From Massalongia carnosa (lineage: Eukaryota): a stretch of DNA of 64,000 bases. Within the stretch, counting starts at the first letter, position 1, and every line of letters begins with the position of its first letter. The stretch covers positions 248,001 through 312,000 of the forward strand of contig OZ287067.1 of the NCBI GenBank assembly GCA_965645245.1, given 5' to 3'. The translations under genes were made by a program, and so were the position numbers. Below the pieces are notes generated by a model. That model was given only the letters and a program-made list of their open reading frames with translations, had not been told where the DNA came from and searched no databases. Below are positions 1-13,785 of this stretch, one piece after another.

Positions 1-29
1 TGCAGCGATTAGGAAGCCGGGCTCATAAC

Positions 30-310
30 TGTCGGACCGTTCTTATTGATCTGGAAAATGATCTTCTCCTTGTCTATCTAAACTGGAAATTCTAGCTAGC
101 TATATAGACCATCTCGCCACATTCTTTCATAATCTAGATATCTTCCAGCCACTTCTATTTACTAATAGATCATTAGTGATCCGGAACCCATGCGAGGTAC
201 AATGCTTTGAAATCATTGAGTATTAGAAATCAGATATATGGCATAGAAATAGCATCTGAAAGATCGAGGCCTCGGTTATTAGTCCGAAATCACGTGCTTT
301 TCCTTCAACA
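30..310 (-). mobile_element. 5' LTR of a minus-strand Ty1/Copia element that extends left out of the window
   Basis: TG...CA ends (TGTTGAAGG...CCGACA on minus). Followed directly on minus by GTTATGAGCCC (19-29), the PBS typical of fungal Copia. Abuts the gag of the next Copia. Confidence 0.75.
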
Positions 311-3137
311 GGATCTTACTTCGGGAATTGGCTTGAACCACGGTCTATTAATATCGACAGAATTCTACGAAATAGTGGAGGAATTTCGCAGTTATATTCG
401 AATGCATCAAACGCAAAAGATCAATCAAAACACGCATTCAGCCTTTGCATCCGAGAAAAAGAAGGAAGGACAAAGGCAAGGAGCGACATTCAATGGGCAA
501 AAAACACCCGATCCATGTCTTTGCGGGATGATTCACTGGTATAACAACTGCTACTATCTAGTATCAGAGAAACGATCCTCAAACTGGTCTCCAAACCCTG
601 CTACCCAAGCTTAAGTTAATGAGAAGATGAAAGATCCACAAACCAAAGCTAGGGTGGAAAGACTTCTTCAACGTTCCAAGCAAATGGATTTAAAAAAGGA
701 TAGAAACAATAAAAAGGCTACTGAGGAGAAGGAGCTCGGAACGTTTACATCGATAAAAACTGCATCATTTTTCTCAGCAGATAGCTACACGATCAGAGAT
801 TCATGGATATTGGATAACGGGTCTAACAGCCACGTGTGCAATAGCACCATGAAAGAAAGATATCAATATCAACGAAAGGCCGATGGAGAGTATCTTATTG
901 CTGGCACACAACGCCTAGCAATAGAGAGCTATGGCACAATAAACATAACTGTGCCAACTCCATCCGGTCCCAAATCCATGACTCTGTCAAACGTCGCATA
1001 TGTTTCAGATTTCATGACTAATTTAGTCTCTCAAGATTTGCTCTATATCAAAGGGGTGTATTTTGATAATTGGAAACTTCATCTTCATAGAGAAGGAACT
1101 TCTATTGCTTACGTTAAACGCCACAACGGACATTATCTCATGGAGGACAACACAGCAAAACAAGTATCAGCCTTTCCAAGTTAAGAAGACGGAACTGGCT
1201 AACATCAAGAACGAAACAGCACAGAAATGGTATCAAATCTTAGCACATGCCTCGAATGAAGCTATACAGCTTCTCGAGACATCCGCTAAGGGGGTGAAAA
1301 TATCTAGTGAGGAAGTTCCTAAGACAAATGAATGCGAGCCTTATGCATTATCTAAAGCACATCGTATCGTATCTCGATCATCGAAAAATGCAGAATCATC
1401 AAAAGAGCCTTTTTATAGCATCACATATGATTTCATGCTGCTTAACACTGCTATGAATAAAGATGAATGGGTCTCTCATTTTGCATGCCATGCAACCGAT
1501 TTTAATATGGTATTTACCCACGCTCACAAATCTGACGCTGCTAGGATAGTCAAAGAAGCTGTCAATATTATCGAGACTCGCTTTAAATCAATGGTAGTAT
1601 TTATTCGACCAGACGGAGAATGTTCATTGGGAAATGAGTTCAAAGATCTGCTGATTGAGAAAGACATTACCTATGAATCATCAACACCCGATACCCCGGA
1701 GCAAAACGGCCACTCTGAGCGAAAGGGAGGTATATTGGCCATGAAAGCTCGGGCAATGAGAATCGACGCTGGCCTACCAATCTATCTTTGGCCAGAAATC
1801 GTGCGCACCGCGGGTTATATAGCTAATCGAACACCTATGAGAAAGCATCAATGGAAGACTCCGTATGAGCTTGTCATAGGAAATCCACCCGATCTGAGTC
1901 ATCTTCGCCGGTATGGGTGCAGAGCCTACACTTTAAATAAGCAAATTTCAAAGAAACAAAAGCTACAAGAGCGTGCACATATCGGTCATCTCGTGGGCTA
2001 TGAAGCAAGGAATATCTTTCGGGTTTGGATACCTAGTCAACGAAAGATTATTCGCACAAGAGACGTGATGTTTGACGAAAGCATAAGCTACGATGCTCAT
2101 GATATTGATTTGTTGCAAGCAATCAACGAACCAATGCTAGAAACAACCTACGAGCTTCATGATCTGGATCCTATCACTCAAATCACAGAAATAGCTTCTG
2201 ATGAAGGAGAAGGAGAGGGAGATCACACACAAAACATGGGGGAAAATGTTGAAAGCATGGAATCGCAAGATGGGAATGTGCAGGAATTGGTCTCTTCACA
2301 TATGAAAGAGAGAACTTACCTTCCAACACCAACCACGTCCGAATCATTCACAAAAAGCACGAAAGCAAAGAAAGCTGCTAAACCAAAAGCATCAAAAGAT
2401 ATCAACTCCAGTCTCGATACGAATAATATCTTGCCTGAGGGGGTGGGAAGACTCCGCATACCCAATCAACGAAAGGTTACGTACGCAACAGTGTTAGCAG
2501 ATGCTAATAACGGCGAGTTAAATTCTTATCATGCTGCATTCTCAGCCCACATCATGGCAAGTTCTTATTACATCACCAATAAAGAATCTAGCAAAGAATC
2601 TAGCAAAAATAACACGCTGGTTCTAAGCACCCGGTTTCATAGAGATAGCCTACCTCCCGAACCTGAACATTATCGTCAAATGCTAAAGCACCCGCATGCA
2701 GAAGGCTTCATGCTGGCCATGAAGGTAGAGGTTCAGGCCCTTATTGCTAAGAATACCTGGACTGAAGTCGGACACGAACGAAGCAGCTGTTATTGCTGGC
2801 AAAACACCGATACCAACGAGATGGGTATTCAAATAAATTCGATGAAAAAGGTTATCTAGTCAAATACAAATCAAGCTTATGCGCTAGGGGTGATCTTCAA
2901 CGCACCGAGGAAGATACATTCGCAGCAACATTGGCTGCATGAATCTTTCGAGCGTTAATGGCAATCCTAGCAGCATTTGATCTCGAAACACGGCAATACG
3001 ATGCGGTAAATGCATTCGCAAATAGCCCTATTGATGAACCAACCTACTGTAGGTTACCTGAAGGGTGGCCTGGGTCAGGATCTGGAGCTGTTAATATTCT
3101 ACTATTGCTATTGCGAGCATTGTACGGTCTAAAGCAA
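311..3137 (+). mobile_element. Degenerate Ty1/Copia internal region (gag tail, protease, integrase, truncated RT)
   Basis: Protease DSWILDNGSNSHV (627-1184), integrase EQNGHSER and YLWPE (1063-2859), RT2 motifs YDAVNAFAN and ALYGLKQ. PR-IN-RT order. Stops and frameshifts; RT is cut at ~3137. Confidence 0.93.
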
Positions 3138-3790
3138 GGCGTGCCCCAGAGGTTGTCATCTACTCTACTGTAGGGATTTTGAGATTAATCTGACGTTTTA
3201 GAGGCGGCCAGTGCCCGGACTATTTCGAAGATGTCGATGCAATTGCCGCAACCGACTGGTATTCCTTTGGACTGCTATTGTTGCGCCTCTCGATAGATGG
3301 CAGAAACCCAATGGACGAATGAGAAATCATACCGACGGAATAGTCTCAGGAAGAAATACTGTTAGCGATGTAGTTTCTGAAAGACACCGATTGTCTTTCC
3401 GCTCTCCTTGGTGACAGCACTGCGTCAGAAAACTCATTGCCGCTTGGTCGTTTACTAGCGAGCCTTTTGCTGAAAGACCCCATAAAAAGGCTAGAGGCTA
3501 TAGAAAAATCCACACTCGAGATTGTACCGTTCCTATCGCAAAATGCCCGTATGATTCGAGACCGCGAATTGGATCTTGAATCAGATCCTGTCCGTCTGCA
3601 ATCACAGAACGAATATTTAAATGTTATCGAGCAACTATCAAGTCACCATCGTAGCAGCAATTCGGAATCGTCAGGGGAAGATAAGGAAGAGCCGGATCTT
3701 CTAAATATCTTTTCCTTCTTCTCATCTACAACTTCGAAAAGTGTAGTTCCCAACTTCGTGAGTGACCTCATTCTTTGGTGTATGTTATGG
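3138..3790 (+). pseudogene. Protein kinase C-lobe fragment (host gene remnant)
   Basis: One plus frame reads RAPE ... TDWYSFGLLLLRLSIDGRNP ... LLLKDPIKR (kinase subdomains VIII, IX, XI), with several in-frame stops. Confidence 0.6.
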
Positions 3791-3849
3791 TGAACTTTTT
3801 TAAAACTAAAAACGTGGTCTCATTGTCTCCTTATGATTGGCGATTTTGA

Positions 3850-5211
3850 CGCTTAAACAAGAGGACGATAACCTGGGCAGAACGGGCAGCCTTTGCTGCC
3901 TCGGCCCCAACGATCTCTACGCTTTCGGGGACGTCCATCCCCGCTCCTATACTAGAAGAGAAAGCTCGTGAAATCGTCGTCAAACTGAACAACGAAGCCA
4001 TAGCAAAGGATCTGGCCAAACTGGCCTCCTCAGCGCTCAAAGACAGAATCAACGCGGCAATATCTAACGCGTTAAAGGATCATAACAACACGAGAATTCC
4101 GACCAATCAAAACGCTCCCGCCCCACCTATTTCCAATGGCACAGCCAAGGCAGCAGCCGTAGCAATAGCAGCAAGGGTCCTCCCTAGCGGAGACCTACAG
4201 GTAATAGTCAACAACGCCTCAGACACGGAACGCCTAAGAAAAGACACCCGATGGGCCATCAGGCTATCGAGCAAAGCTACTATAATACAGCCAAGCTTCG
4301 GCTTAATCGCGCACTTTGTACCGGCTAATCTAAGCATGACAGACATCAAGGAACGCCTCTGGGAGGAAAATAAGTCACATATGCCCGTTAGGAATAGGGT
4401 AACAGGAGTAGAATGGTTGTCCCGCACGAGTAAGGCAGGAGCCACAGCTAGATCCATGGTGGTATACTTTGAGAACGAATTAGACTGCAATGCCATTTTG
4501 GCCTCGCAGCTATATTTGGATGGGAGATCTTTCGCGGTGGAAAGACATGTTCCGGAGGCCAGGCTTAGGCAATGTTTCCGGTGCGGTAAGTATGGTCACA
4601 CGAGCCATGCTTGCCGACAGAAGCATCAAACATGCTTCAAATGTTCCGAAAGTCACCACATGACCGATTGCAAATCGGTCACTCTCAAATACAATGCGTG
4701 TGGCAAGGAGGGCCACGGGGCAAGCGCAGAGTCTTGCCCGGAGCGAAAGAAGGAAAAGGCCCGAATGAAGCGGGCCAAAGAAGAAGCTCTCCCCTTCTGG
4801 CCTCTCAGGGCCTCCTCAAGGGAGACCCTAAATGGTCAGGAACAAGAACGGAGCAGTCCGCCGGCATCGACCACGCCGACGGTCACGACAAGCAGTGAGG
4901 TGACCCCAGCCTCAACCCAGGTGGAACAGGGCCCTCGAACGGGCTCTGTACGAGAGAAAGATTGGCAAACCGTGCCAACTCTCCGCAAGGGGAAGAAGCG
5001 GGGGCATGGGGAGGTAGAGCCCCTGGCAGACAACCCCAGTTCTACCAACAGGAGCATGGCACAAGCAGCTTCTAAGAAGGGAAAGAAGAAACCCTCCTCG
5101 AAGGCTGTGGAGGTCTTGAGCGATAAGGAGAACGACGATAGTTCTTCAATGACCACCAGATCGGCAACCCGTCGCTTGCAGCCCAGTACTCAGACAGAAG
5201 AGGAACTATGA
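3850..5211 (+). CDS. LINE ORF1 (gag-like nucleic acid-binding protein), 5' part missing
   Basis: Frame is open from ~3850 (TWAERAA...) without a start Met. QCFRCGKYGH and CFKCSESH knuckles. Stop overlaps the ORF2 ATG (ATGA, 5208-5211). Confidence 0.85.
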   Translation, partial: RLNKRTITWAERAAFAASAPTISTLSGTSIPAPILEEKAREIVVKLNNEAIAKDLAKLASSALKDRINAAISNALKDHNNTRIPTNQNAPAPPISNGTAKAAAVAIAARVLPSGDLQVIVNNASDTERLRKDTRWAIRLSSKATIIQPSFGLIAHFVPANLSMTDIKERLWEENKSHMPVRNRVTGVEWLSRTSKAGATARSMVVYFENELDCNAILASQLYLDGRSFAVERHVPEARLRQCFRCGKYGHTSHACRQKHQTCFKCSESHHMTDCKSVTLKYNACGKEGHGASAESCPERKKEKARMKRAKEEALPFWPLRASSRETLNGQEQERSSPPASTTPTVTTSSEVTPASTQVEQGPRTGSVREKDWQTVPTLRKGKKRGHGEVEPLADNPSSTNRSMAQAASKKGKKKPSSKAVEVLSDKENDDSSSMTTRSATRRLQPSTQTEEEL

Positions 5212-8200
5212 GTGAATACACCCACTATCTGTCCATACTTCAGTACAACTTCAACAAATCCAAGAACACTGTCATGGCGGACTTCCTTCGCAGGGAGGAA
5301 AGCATGAAATACGGCATCCTGGCCATCCAGGAACCCTGGGCGGGGAACCCCTATCAACACACCACGCACAATCCGGTCAAAAATGTTTTCCACCTTCTCT
5401 ATCCCCCCGAAACAGGAGAACAAGAGCTCCCTCCGAGAGTATGCATGTTCGTCAACAAAGACATAGCAAGCGCCTCTTGGAAGGTAACCTTCCACTCTCC
5501 CGATCTGATGACTTTGCACTTGGAATTTCCTGGCGAAACCCAGCAAGTCATCAATATCCATAACATCTACAATCCCTCCCCCTCTCAGGGAAACTACAGC
5601 ACCTTGCCAGACCTAAGCAAGGCGCTAGAGGTGGAGGGAGAACACATAGTGGTAGGGGACTTCAATCTTCACCATCCCCTATGGACTGGCGAAGACTACC
5701 ATCATCAACACCCGGAGGCAGACCAACTACTGGAGATTCTCGATCAAAGCGAGCTAGAACTTCTGCTCCCCCTGGCACCATAACATACGATCATAGATCA
5801 GCACAGAGCACGATAGACTTAACGTTCGCAACCCCCGCAGTGGCTTCAGCCGTACTCATGTGCGATGTGAGAAGAGAGTTGGATTGTGACTCAGATCACT
5901 ACCCCATTGGCACAGCATTCGATATCACCACAGTTAAGAGGGCCATAAGGTCCTCTCGCATGTGGTCTAAGACTGATAGGAAAAAGCTACTAGACACGAT
6001 GACAGACAAGCTCCCGGCACCTAGGAGCGTGAGCGCAGTTCAAGAACTCGACAACTTGGCGCATGAGTTAGTTGAAGCTATCCAGCACGCAGTGGAGACA
6101 GCAGTCCCACTTTCTAGAGGGTGCAATCATTCAAAACCTGGCTTTACCCCGGAATGCAAAGAGGCAGTCACCCTATGCAGACGTCTCAGGCGCAAGCATA
6201 AGGAAACGCGCTCTCTGGAAGACTGGGAAGCCTACCGAGAGGCGAGAAACAGCAAAAACAAAATCGTACAAAAAGCTCTTAAGACAACACATAGGGACAG
6301 GGTAGAGGAGGCCACCAGCACTCCAGATGGTCTCTGGAAGCTTGCGAAATGGGCTAAGAACAGGTCGACCCCATTCCAAGCCTTCACCCCAACCCTAATG
6401 AAAAGCGATGGCTCCAAAGTGACGGAGGCCTCGGGCAAGGCTGAACTGCTTCGCAGACAGTTTTTTCCTATCCCGGACGCGACCAATCTTGAAGACATGG
6501 CCGATTATCACTATCCAGAGCCAATCTAATTTGCTCCCATCTCAGCTCGGGAAATAACTAAAGCCATCACAAAGGCAGCACCACTCTCGGCCCCAGGCCC
6601 CGACGGACTGCCTAATAGAATCCTCAGAGATGTGTTACCGCTCATCATGCCCACACTTGTAGCTCTGTATAACGCCAGCTGGGAACTGGGTCATCACCCC
6701 AATGCTTTCAGAGAATCCACCACGGTGGTTCTCAGAAAACCAGCTAAGGCCGACTACAGTTTGCCGAATTCATACAGACCCATAGCCTTGCTCAACACTT
6801 TAGGTAAGACTATGGAGAAGATCATTGCAACCAGAATCAATCACGCGGTGGAGACCGAGAGCCTACTCCCCAGACTCCATATTGGCGGCAGGCGAGCTAG
6901 ATCACCCGAACATGCCCTCCATCTGCTCCTAGAGGCCATCCACGCAGCCTGGCTTAACAACGAAGTGGCCACAGTGCTCATGCTGGACATCTCGGGTGCT
7001 TACGATAACGTATCCCACGAAAGACTACTGCACAACCTACGGAAGAGAAGAATAGGCGGCAACATAGCTAAATGGATCGAAAGCTTCCTTCAGGAAAGGA
7101 AAACGACCATCGCCATGCCCGATTACACCTCGCAACCATTCACCACGAACGCTGAGTCCCTCAGGGATCCCCTATATCTCCTATTCTTTATCTCTTCTAC
7201 AACGCCGACCTTATGGAAGAGGAAGGGCCCAAAAAGATGAACTTGGGCTATGTCGATGGCATATCCAAACTAATTATTGGAACTTCAGCAGAACAGAACT
7301 GTAGAAATCTCGAAGCCTCGTTCATGACGAGAGAGCAGAAATGGGCGGATACACACGCCTCCAAATTTGCCCCCGCCATATTCCAGCTCTTGCACTTTAT
7401 CAAAGGACCCTCAGAGACGGATTTGAACCCCCCAGAGAGAGCTATCTCCCTAGCGGGCAAAACCATCAAGCCACAGCATACCGCCACCTACCTGGGCGCC
7501 ACATTCGACGACAAGCTCAAATGGCAAGCCCATTTAAGGAAACTGGAAGCCAAAACCTCAAAGAGACTGGGGGCCTAGGCAGCCTTGCGGGCTCCACATG
7601 GGGCACCAGTCTTGCGAGCCTTCGAAGGATCTATCAAGCCACCATACTACCGCAACTCACCTTTGGATGCTCTGCATGGTATGTTCCCGAGGGCGGATAC
7701 GGGACTATCACGCAAGCAACCGCCGTGCTCAAAGCCGTCAGATCTATTCAGCGACGGGCGGCACTGATCATTTCAGGGGCATTTAGAACAACCTCGGGCC
7801 CGGCCTTGGATATGGAGCTTCACCTCCTGCCTGGCCGGCAACGCATGGAGCAGGCAGTGAACGAGTCACTACTGCGCATACGTTCAAGCCCCCTTTACGC
7901 CATAATACGTGAGATCCGCGCCTGAACAAGCCAAGCGGACTCCCACTATCGATACTGGAGCCCTCTAGCTAAGCTAGAGTCCCGCTTAATGACTTCGGGG
8001 AAATGCCCTCAACCCTGGCGGTTAGAGGTCATTCTTCCATTCATAGTGGAACCATGGTGGTCTCCCCCCGAAACGCACATTGCTTCCAGTAAAGAGGAAG
8101 CAATCAAAGTGCATGACAAGATGACATCAGAGCCGAACCAAATAGTCATATACACGGATGGGAGTGATAACCCCTTCGGAGTTGGTGCGGCAGCAGTCAT

Positions 8201-9059
8201 CCCCAGCGACAACACACGGGTAGGAACCCGCCTCGGAACGAACAAAGAAGCCACAGTTTACCTCGCGGAACTAGTGGGCATCGACCTGGGACTGGCGGCG
8301 GCTATTGCACGATGGCAAGGGGAGATAATAACGGTGTTTGCAGATAATCAATCAGCCATCAAATCAGTAGCCGACCCCGGAACTCAATCAGGTCAGTTCA
8401 TACTACGCGAGATCATTGGAAAACTCCACGCATGCCGGGAGATGCAGGCCAGAGTCAGACTCTGCTGGATACCTGGGCATATGGGAGTAGAAGGCAACGA
8501 GATAGCAGACCAAGCAGCAAAAGAAGCATCAGGCTGGTTAGAACCTGGCCAGAGTCCCTCCATCACCCACTTCGACTTCCTCGGACACACAGTGAAGTCG
8601 GCGATAAAACGCAACATGAGGACAATGATCAGCAAAGAATGGGCTGGGGATTGGGAGGCAGAAAAACGCGGACAGATGACGAAAAAGCTCCTCCCCCAGC
8701 CCACTAACAAGGTCTTGCAGCTCTACCAGGGGCTTCACAAGTCAATGAGTTCCACCCTGGTGCAGATGAGAACAGGTAAGATTGGTCTACGCAAGTATCT
8801 CTCAGATATAGGCCGCACCGAAACGGGCGAATGCCCATGCGGCTTCGGTTATCAAACAGTTCACCATGTGCTTCTGGAGTGCGTCAGGCACCATCGATTG
8901 CGCATGGAGACTATCTGGATAGGCCGGAAGGTGTTCGATCTCCAAGAAATTTTTAGCACCCCCAGACTGGCCAAGGCAGCATCCAAATTCATGCTATCCT
9001 CACGTCTCCTCGGCCAATTTGGAGACGTGAGGATAGCAACCGAACAATCCACGAGTTAA
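5208..9059 (+). pseudogene. LINE ORF2 (endonuclease-RT-RNase H), disrupted
   Basis: LAIQEPW, GDFNLHH, SDH, SYRPIALLNTLGK, YTDGS, WIPGH-x-G-x-x-GNE-x-AD. Split over several ORFs by frameshifts and stops. The RT catalytic motif reads YVDG instead of YxDD. Confidence 0.93.
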
Positions 9060-9423
9060 CGGCAGGCCGGCTCTTGTTTTATCCCGCTCACAGAATAGTC
9101 TCTACCATGGTAGGGCTTGCATGTATCAACACCAAGCACAGGGGCCCAGGAGGGTGGCGTTGGAGTTCTATTTATCGATTTGTCTCAAGCGGTTTGTCCC
9201 TCTGTTCGTGTCTTCTTTTCCCTCTTCCTTGCATTCACAACCCCTTGTACAGCTAAAAGAGTTTTTGTATTTTTTGTACTTTCAGCGCTTAGTGCAGCAA
9301 TTCTGCCCTCAGCAGACTTAGATACCCATCCCCTGGGACACCCCCCGATGTAGTTTAGCACTCCCGCATAAGGGCCTTCGGCCCTTGGATCGGTGTATGA
9401 ATCAATCAATCAATCAATCAATC

Positions 9424-12400
9424 GGGCTATTCGAACTCCACGCCGCAGACAAACCCCCGACAGCTCGCCTGCATTCTAGTTTAAAGGAAAAATGTCCTCC
9501 TCCTGCCGGTTGCCTTCGTCTTGATAATCAATAGCTCGGAACACGACGGACTTATGACCAGTACAGTTCTTGATGACCGCAAAAGCTCCCTGAGGACGGT
9601 ACTCATACTGCAGCTCCACCATAAACAAGAAAGGCGCACCCAGGACCAGTTGATGATCCGCGGAGTCCACTACAAACACCTGTTGAAAACTCTTTAGACC
9701 CCCAATGTTTATCTCAACATTCTCGCATACTCCATCGAAGTGTTTTCGGTGCCCGGTGTGAGAAACCAAACCCAAGTGAGGAGCCGGTCTCCAGGATAGT
9801 CCAGCTTGATGCATAAGCTTAGAGGTCATCACATTGACTTCCGCGCCAGAATCTAGAAGAGACACACTTTTGAGAAAGCCTTCTAATCGAACAGGAGCCT
9901 TAGGAGTGGATAGGGAATACAAAAGCTTCGGAATCTGTCCGCTACCCATCATCGCATCATCGCTAACGCTCAGTGAACTAACATGCGCGGTCGAAGGTTT
10001 AGGATGCTTTGTAGGCTTGGAAAAGAGCTCTCGCACCCGAGGGGATATGGACCATAACTCGGACAAGGGCATGGTTATCGGTATTTGAGTCACCTTTTTC
10101 ATCAGTGTTTCATCATCCATGTCGATTTTTGTCAGCTCTGGCAAACGGAGAGCTCGAGGAGGCTTCTCCTTGGCCTCATCAATTTCCACTACTTTAGGCT
10201 CAGACGAAGTCTCCTTCTTATCGGCTATAGCTTTCTTCTTATTGTCCGCAAAAGTCACGTTTTTCTTCGTAGAAGAAACCTCCGGTGTTCCATTTGGATA
10301 AGTCACAAACTCCTCAACTTCTTCCATGTCAGTATCTTCTGTCGCATCTTCCACAGTCACTTGCTGCCAACTACCAAATCTCGTATTCTTTGGAGTAGGA
10401 AGCTTTTCCTCTTTCTCAACCTTTCGTTTCAATATCCGGCGAACTGGCTCATGAAAATTGGCGGTACTCTTCGGCTTCTCATTGACTCGGGCGGCGTTTA
10501 CTACTGCCTCCTTGGTACTATCCGTGCGATGTTCCACAATGCAAAGGCCAAAATCTTTGTCGTCCCAACTCTCATCTTCACTAGACAACTCATCAGGTTC
10601 GAGCTCTCCAACACGCACCGTATTAGCTTCAACCGTGGCCGCAGGGGCAGAATAGCGAAGCCGTTCGGACTCTGCCACACACTGTCTTTGAGAACGGTCC
10701 AGCCTCATCTGTACGGGACGTGCGCCTGGGTTCGGAGGTCCTACACATATCCGACCCTCGAAGTTTAAATGTATACGATTGCTGGAGAGGTCAGCCCTAT
10801 AATCAGAGCACTGCCAGCGGCCTCTATGATCAGTAGACCAACAATAGTTGCAACGTTGAGGGTTCGAAGATGAGTAATTGCCACCAGCAGAGTTCGTTTG
10901 TGCCTGGGGAGGGATCAGAGAAGAAGATGGCTGTGCATTTCTAGGCTGCGACGTCGTTTGTTCTGGCACTACAGTAGGGGCGGATTGGAAATTTTGCTGA
11001 AGTGGAGGAGGCTGATACGGTCGTTAAGGTCGTGGGCCCGGTAGGGGCGCTTGCATCACATTGCTCTGTATGTTAGAGGTCACCGCAGTCACAGTGGACA
11101 ACATCATATCTTTAACACCGTGGGTAATTTCCTCGATAGCGCTATTCATAATAGCCCTGGTATCTATCACCGGAGGGGCTATAGGCGCTTGTGTAAGAGA
11201 AGAACTAGGAGGAGAGGCTTTTTGCTTGCTCGCTGCCCGTCCATAATCATCCACCAAGGCACTAATCTTATCTTGTTCCTTATCTCCTCGTACTAGATCT
11301 CTCAGGCGCTGACTTGAGGTAGCCAGAGTTATAGTGTACTGGACCAAAGTATCGAGCATCAGGGGTTCGTCGCCTTCTAGGTCAATATCATATCGCATGA
11401 ATAGCTCCGAACATAATTTCTCCGGTAAACCTTGAACAAACCATGAACATTGAGTGAAATTGTCAAGCCTTTGGCCGCCAGGAAGCTGCCTGCAAATAGC
11501 CACAAAACGACGAAAATATAGCGGTATGTCATCCTCCTCCATGCGAGGCTTATTCTTTAGTGCTTCCAGAAAAGCTCGAGAGTTGACTTGTTGCGAGGTG
11601 TCATTATGACGGTATTCCTTGCGCATTGCCTTGGCTAGGCTGTCCCAATCACCAGAAGTAAACTCGATCATAGACTTGACGTTCTGGCCTATCAGGTTCT
11701 CACAGTACCAGGGCAAACGTGGAATAATTTGATCTTCGGCGAGTCGGTAGTCGCGACACATAAGAAGATAGCGATCCAGGAAATCGGTCACATTTCCTCC
11801 CGTGAAAAAGGGCGTTCCAGGGGAACCAGGGTGAGGTAAGGTCATATAAAAACGCGGGTCCATCGGGAACGGTCCTATAGCAGGAGGTGGTGGCAATTCC
11901 GCCGTCGGTTGGTACACAGGCTCACCGGCAGGAGCTTTTTCTGAACGTATAGAGGCGTCAGGAGTAGAGTCTTCGGATTTTTGTTCGAGTGTCTCCGGTC
12001 GCAGGCTAAAAGGGTCACTATTGGACATGATCAGCTCACTGTAAGACTTGTCGTATACTGTACCCAATTGCTCCAAGGAATGAGGCACTAAACTAGGGGG
12101 GTAAGAAACACAAGGAAAATTTCGGGATCTCGATTTTCTAATAACAGAACGATGAACTTTTTTCGAATTTTCTTTTCTGCTCACTCTCTGATTTTTCTCT
12201 GTCTTTTTGTTGCCAATCTTCTTTACGCGGCCGAAAGGCTCAGTCTTATAGTACTCTCGGAACAATGGCTCCATGTCTCGGACCTCTTGGAGATATTTTT
12301 TGCCGAGCCATAACAGCATGGAATCGGGAACTTGTAGCGAAATAGTAACCATTTTTCGTTAGTCGAGACGCGCCGTCGCATAGGCCGCTGCCATCAGTAT

Positions 12401-13216
12401 TGAGGTTTTTCGGGATTCGCCACTCGCTAAAACCCGACGGTGCTTCCAAAAAGGGTAAAGTATGGCTTGCGTCGTCCCGCGGATTGCTTCTTAGACTTCC
12501 AATTGGTCTTCTTTCAGCTCACCGCCTTCGGTCTAGAACATCAAGGTCCAACTCGATCCCACTATCAAACAAAGAAATAAGAAACACTCTGAAGGTTAGT
12601 TCACGATCCGTGCCCCGCCCCTTTTGAACTCTTGGCTTTTTCAGGGTCAAACGCGTTCCCACTCTCTTTTCGTTCGAATCTGCACTCGTTGATCTCTCTG
12701 GACTCTTGCTTCTACCGAATAGCCTCAAAAGGTCATCGCACCGTGGTCGCCAATGAAGAGGGGTAGTCGTGGGTGGTGCATACGTGATGACCTCAAGAAG
12801 AGAAGACCGGCAGAAAGCAAACAAGGAACACACGTGAAAACAACAAACAGAACGTTGGCGGTGACGACTCGGCCACTCTGACACTCTCACTCGGACACGA
12901 ATACTGACTCTGAAGGAAAGAAAAATGTTGATTGCCTGTCTGTCTAGAGGGTGAAACTTCCCCTATCTATAGAAAAATGGGCGCCTCAGCCCCGGAAAAA
13001 CCTCCCCTCCGTTCCGTCCACACCAATCCCCCCCCCTCTCCTCAGCACCTGCCCTTGTCCCTATTCACCCTATCACACTGGATCGGGCCAAGCGATTATC
13101 TATATAGACTCCTAGAGAGGGCACCTTTTGCTTGTTTCCTTTCTGCATCTTTGATATTTTCTAGTGCATAGCTTCCCAGTAGATAGTCAATTCCACATCC
13201 TGGTCGAACCGTCACA
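9424..13216 (-). mobile_element. Ty3/Gypsy element A: 5' LTR and gag-protease only, pol missing
   Basis: LTR 12754-13216 (TGTGAC...TTCA), PBS TGGCGACCACGG (12741-12752). Gag-pro 12028-9476 with one in-frame TAA at 11024-11026. Protease LLDSGAEVN. Confidence 0.88.
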
Positions 13217-13785
13217 ATAATATGATGAACAATTGGTTTGCAGACGAACTGCCTAAAGGAACTCGAATTGTTTCGTCAGAAAATGGACTCACATCGGATG
13301 AAATAGCGATTGCATATCTGCAACATTACACTGAAAATTCTGATGCAGGATCTGAGAGTGATTGGAAGTTGATGCTCATGGATAATCGCGGTAGTCATGT
13401 TACTCCTGAATTCATCAAGCTTGCCAATGAAAACCGGATTCGTCTTTATCTTTTGATACCACACTTAACGCATTGTATGCAACCGCCTGATATAGGAGTT
13501 TTTCAACCTTATTAAAATTAGCATGATATGGCCATTCAAGATGCGATTGCGGAGTTTAATGTAGAGTATACAATAACTCGTATTTGTCAAGATTTCACCA
13601 AAATACGAGATAACACATTCAAGAAATCCACTATTCAATCTGCCATTGAAAAATCTGAAATGTGGCCTATTAGTGAGAAGAAATGCACTGAACAGCTAAA
13701 GAAGTTTATACCTTCGCAAAGTGAGAATAATTCTTCTTCTTTTCCAAAATCATCTCTCCCAACATTGCCACGAGTTCAACCTAAG
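13217..13785 (+). pseudogene. Fot1/pogo-type (DDE_1) transposase fragment
   Basis: LMLMDNRGSH and HLTHCMQPPDIGVFQPY motifs. In-frame stops; truncated on both sides by Gypsy elements. Confidence 0.88.

Larger units (their letters stand above)
3850..9423 (+). mobile_element. 5'-truncated Tad1-like LINE (non-LTR retrotransposon), defective
   Basis: ORF1 with CCHC knuckles. ORF2 with APE endonuclease, RT, RNase H and Cys/His finger. 3' UTR ends in (AATC)6 at 9400-9423. No TSD found. Confidence 0.95.
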
